Virus record (IMG/VR): IMGVR_UViG_3300026078_000017
Span: 256,480 to 320,479 of that record
Direction: 5' to 3' (one strand)
Length of the DNA stretch: 64,000 nt
Part shown: piece by piece, positions 61,996 through 64,000 of the stretch
How positions within the stretch are numbered: position 1 is the first letter of the stretch
How the letters are laid out: every line of letters starts with the position of its first letter
Notes under the pieces: model-generated
Told to the model about the DNA's origin: nothing
The model's input: the letters and a program-made list of their open reading frames with translations, nothing else
Databases searched by the model: none
Position numbers and translations under genes: made by a program

Positions 61996-62504
61996 GCGTC
62001 GTCAATTCCCCTGTGATGTTGCCCTTCCCAAGTCATCCCAAAATATTCCACAGCCTCTTTGGCTCCAATACCACGTCCAAGCCCTTCCAATAGAGCCATC
62101 ATGGTTTTCACGTTAATGTGACCCACTCCAAAGGGATACTCAACGTGCATTGTACGACATTGACGTTCAAGCATCGTTCTGTCATAGTCTCCCCAGGAAC
62201 ACCACACCTTGTTCTTTGGACCAAACTTGTTAAGCCATCGAATAGCCTCTGGAAATGTACGAGCACCATTCTTGGCAAGAACATCCTCGGCCGTGATTGT
62301 GGTAAGTTGAGTACAGAAAGGTGTGATCCAGGATTTAACCGGAGTAATGAACGTACTGTCCTTATCAACCACTTCACCCTTTTTTAGGTCAATGACAGCA
62401 ACACCAATTTCGATCACTTCAGATTCGAACTTGGGTGGTTTGGGATCATCACAGGTTGCTTCAAGGTCTACAATAATCAACTTATCAAGATTTGAGGATG
62501 CCAT
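61941..62504 (-). CDS. DEDDh 3'-5' exonuclease (KapD/ERI-1-like)
   Basis: VDLEATC, IEIG, CTQLT, SWGDYD, HRGIDDA. Confidence 0.92.
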   Translation of the reverse strand: MASSNLDKLIIVDLEATCDDPKPPKFESEVIEIGVAVIDLKKGEVVDKDSTFITPVKSWITPFCTQLTTITAEDVLAKNGARTFPEAIRWLNKFGPKNKVWCSWGDYDRTMLERQCRTMHVEYPFGVGHINVKTMMALLEGLGRGIGAKEAVEYFGMTWEGQHHRGIDDACNIGRVMLELIKRHKQK

Positions 62505-63011
62505 TTATTTCTCTATGTTTTTCTGTTCAAATAAGACAGGAGGTATTTCTTCGTCGTCTTTCAAGGGAGTTGGATATGAGCTAAGAAGTTCACCAATATA
62601 CTGGAACAACCACTTAGCCACAAAGTGTGCTTCTTTCAGACCTTGAGCCTTGCTCAACTCAACAAGTTGAGCAATAGCTGCAAGTCCCCAATGTGACTTG
62701 GAGACAGACTGTATGAGTTCCTGACCAAATTTCTCGACGTCGTCAAACCAGGCGTCATCAATCTCTGCCAATTCCTTCGGAAGATTATTCATCTCTTCCG
62801 GAGTGTGCTCAAAAAAGGGATTGGGCCAAGGTGTCGTCTTGAAAACAAACTCTGGATCATTGGAAATGACCAAGCCCCAGTCACCAGGATCCATCATAGA
62901 ACCATGTTCGGTGGCACGAACCAAAAAGTATTTCCCAAGGATAGGAGGATTTTCATTTTCTTTTGGGAGCGGAAAATACATTTCCGTCTTAGCTGCACAC
63001 ATCTCACACAT
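62505..63011 (-). CDS. hypothetical protein
   Basis: MCEMC..., 168 aa. Confidence 0.75.
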   Translation of the reverse strand: MCEMCAAKTEMYFPLPKENENPPILGKYFLVRATEHGSMMDPGDWGLVISNDPEFVFKTTPWPNPFFEHTPEEMNNLPKELAEIDDAWFDDVEKFGQELIQSVSKSHWGLAAIAQLVELSKAQGLKEAHFVAKWLFQYIGELLSSYPTPLKDDEEIPPVLFEQKNIEK

Positions 63012-63054
63012 GTTGTAAGGAATGATACTCCAAGATCACCGAAAGTCAACAGAC

Positions 63055-63438
63055 TTATTTTTTCTTCCGGGTGGATTCCACAGCATTTTCAAGCTGCTTG
63101 CCCGAGTAAACATAATCTGACCTGACGTGTTCATCTGGCTTAAAGCAGACTTTACAGTACCACTCATATACTGGACTTGCATCTTCTTGCATAAAGACTA
63201 CAATGTGCCAGTCTACACCTGTCTCATCCCAAGTGTGACAGTTCTTACAGTGAACGCCGTTCAACTCCGCACAACCTCTGAGAAGCTCTAGGGTTGGAGG
63301 AACAATGATCGTCTTCTTTTTGTCGTTGTCATGAGCTGCCAACAACTTGTAAGCAGAAGGAAATGGCGAAGAAGACCTTTTGCGTTCCTTAGACATAGTA
63401 AGTCTAAATATTATCTTCGTCGTCCTCGGTCCACCCAA
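63055..63438 (-). CDS. zinc-ribbon-like protein
   Basis: CKNC...CKVC; start probably 63396. Confidence 0.65.
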   Translation of the reverse strand: MGGPRTTKIIFRLTMSKERKRSSSPFPSAYKLLAAHDNDKKKTIIVPPTLELLRGCAELNGVHCKNCHTWDETGVDWHIVVFMQEDASPVYEWYCKVCFKPDEHVRSDYVYSGKQLENAVESTRKKK

Positions 63439-63712
63439 GTCTTTGCTTTACTTCATCCCAGGTGTAATAATACTTCATGTATCCCTGAGCCTGACCAATA
63501 GCAAGTTTCCAACCCAAACGCCAACTGATATATGGGTCTTCCTTGGCAAGTTCCTCGGTGTTTTCATCAATCCAGGAGCCTTTTTGGTACTTGTAGGCGT
63601 GCCAGGGAACAAGCAGGTAGTATCTGCAACGCCACACACGGATGTACCAAGGCTGGTGTTGATAACGGTCGTCAGGTTTTGTCATGGGTCCATTGGGACA
63701 TATTTGCCCCAT
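63404..63712 (-). CDS. hypothetical protein
   Basis: RYQHQPWYIRVWR...YYTWDEV. Confidence 0.7.
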   Translation of the reverse strand: MGQICPNGPMTKPDDRYQHQPWYIRVWRCRYYLLVPWHAYKYQKGSWIDENTEELAKEDPYISWRLGWKLAIGQAQGYMKYYYTWDEVKQRLGWTEDDEDNI

Positions 63713-63918
63713 CCTCTAAACTTGTGATAAGCACCCATGGCATCAACCCAAGACTTTGCTTTAATCGAGAAGACAAGCTTGGCATCTTTCTCAATAAGTC
63801 CACGACGTTTCATGTCTGCTATGTTATCGGCAAATGTAAACGTGCTAGAACACGAATCATCCCATGCCTCAAACAAGGTGAGTTCTGTTTTCTTTTTCTT
63901 GTTTGTGGTCATGGTCAA
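63682..63918 (-). CDS. hypothetical protein
   Basis: AKSWVDAM...GWGKYVP. Confidence 0.7.
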   Translation of the reverse strand: MTMTTNKKKKTELTLFEAWDDSCSSTFTFADNIADMKRRGLIEKDAKLVFSIKAKSWVDAMGAYHKFRGWGKYVPMDP

Positions 63919-63947
63919 CAGCCAATGTAAGCAAGCAAATCATACAA

Positions 63948-64000
63948 TAGGGATTGTGGGACTCGAACCCACAAGAGCTTTCACTCGATTGATTTTAAGT
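63948..64000 (-). tRNA. tRNA-Leu(UAA), 3' part (truncated by window end)
   Basis: CTTAAAA loop, long variable arm GAGTGAAAGCTC, GTGGG-TTCGAGT-CCCAC. Confidence 0.85.

Noticed and set aside
1-64000. CRISPR array, rRNA, transposase, integrase or reverse transcriptase
   Set aside because: No regularly spaced direct repeats or diagnostic motifs seen. A retron or DGR explanation for the ncRNAs or paralogs lacks a reverse transcriptase in this window.
1-64000. Alternative genetic code (stop codon reassignment)
   Set aside because: Recognisable enzymes are full length in code 11, and all three stop codons end genes.

Overview
A 64-kb accessory or early region of a large (jumbo-type) tailed bacteriophage genome. 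No virion structural or core replication genes are recognisable. About 190 short, tightly packed ORFs lie in strand-switching blocks. About 90 of them appear to form one highly diverged family of small beta-barrel (SH3/KOW-like) proteins with an N-terminal 'x-V/P/I-G-D-L/I' motif. Recognisable genes include two HNH and two GIY-YIG endonucleases, a 2OG-Fe(II) oxygenase, a P-loop polynucleotide kinase, a cyclic-phosphate receiver-domain protein, an Rnl1-type RNA ligase, a radical SAM protein and a SWIM-finger protein. There is also a sigma70-family factor that lacks region 4.2, with a separate HTH gene downstream, plus an NAD kinase, two NUDIX hydrolases, a TrmH/SpoU methyltransferase and a DEDDh exonuclease. 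The window holds tRNA-Lys(UUU), a partial tRNA-Leu(UAA), several aberrant tRNA-like RNAs, and a set of multi-branched structured non-coding RNAs, most with their own promoter, that match no family I recognise. A recurring promoter (TTG[A/C]NN-16 bp-TAnnn[T/C] with an extended TG) precedes many single genes, often producing leaderless mRNAs and often reusing the upstream stop codon as its -35 box. All calls were made by eye from motifs and base-pairing; no database searches or folding programs were run.
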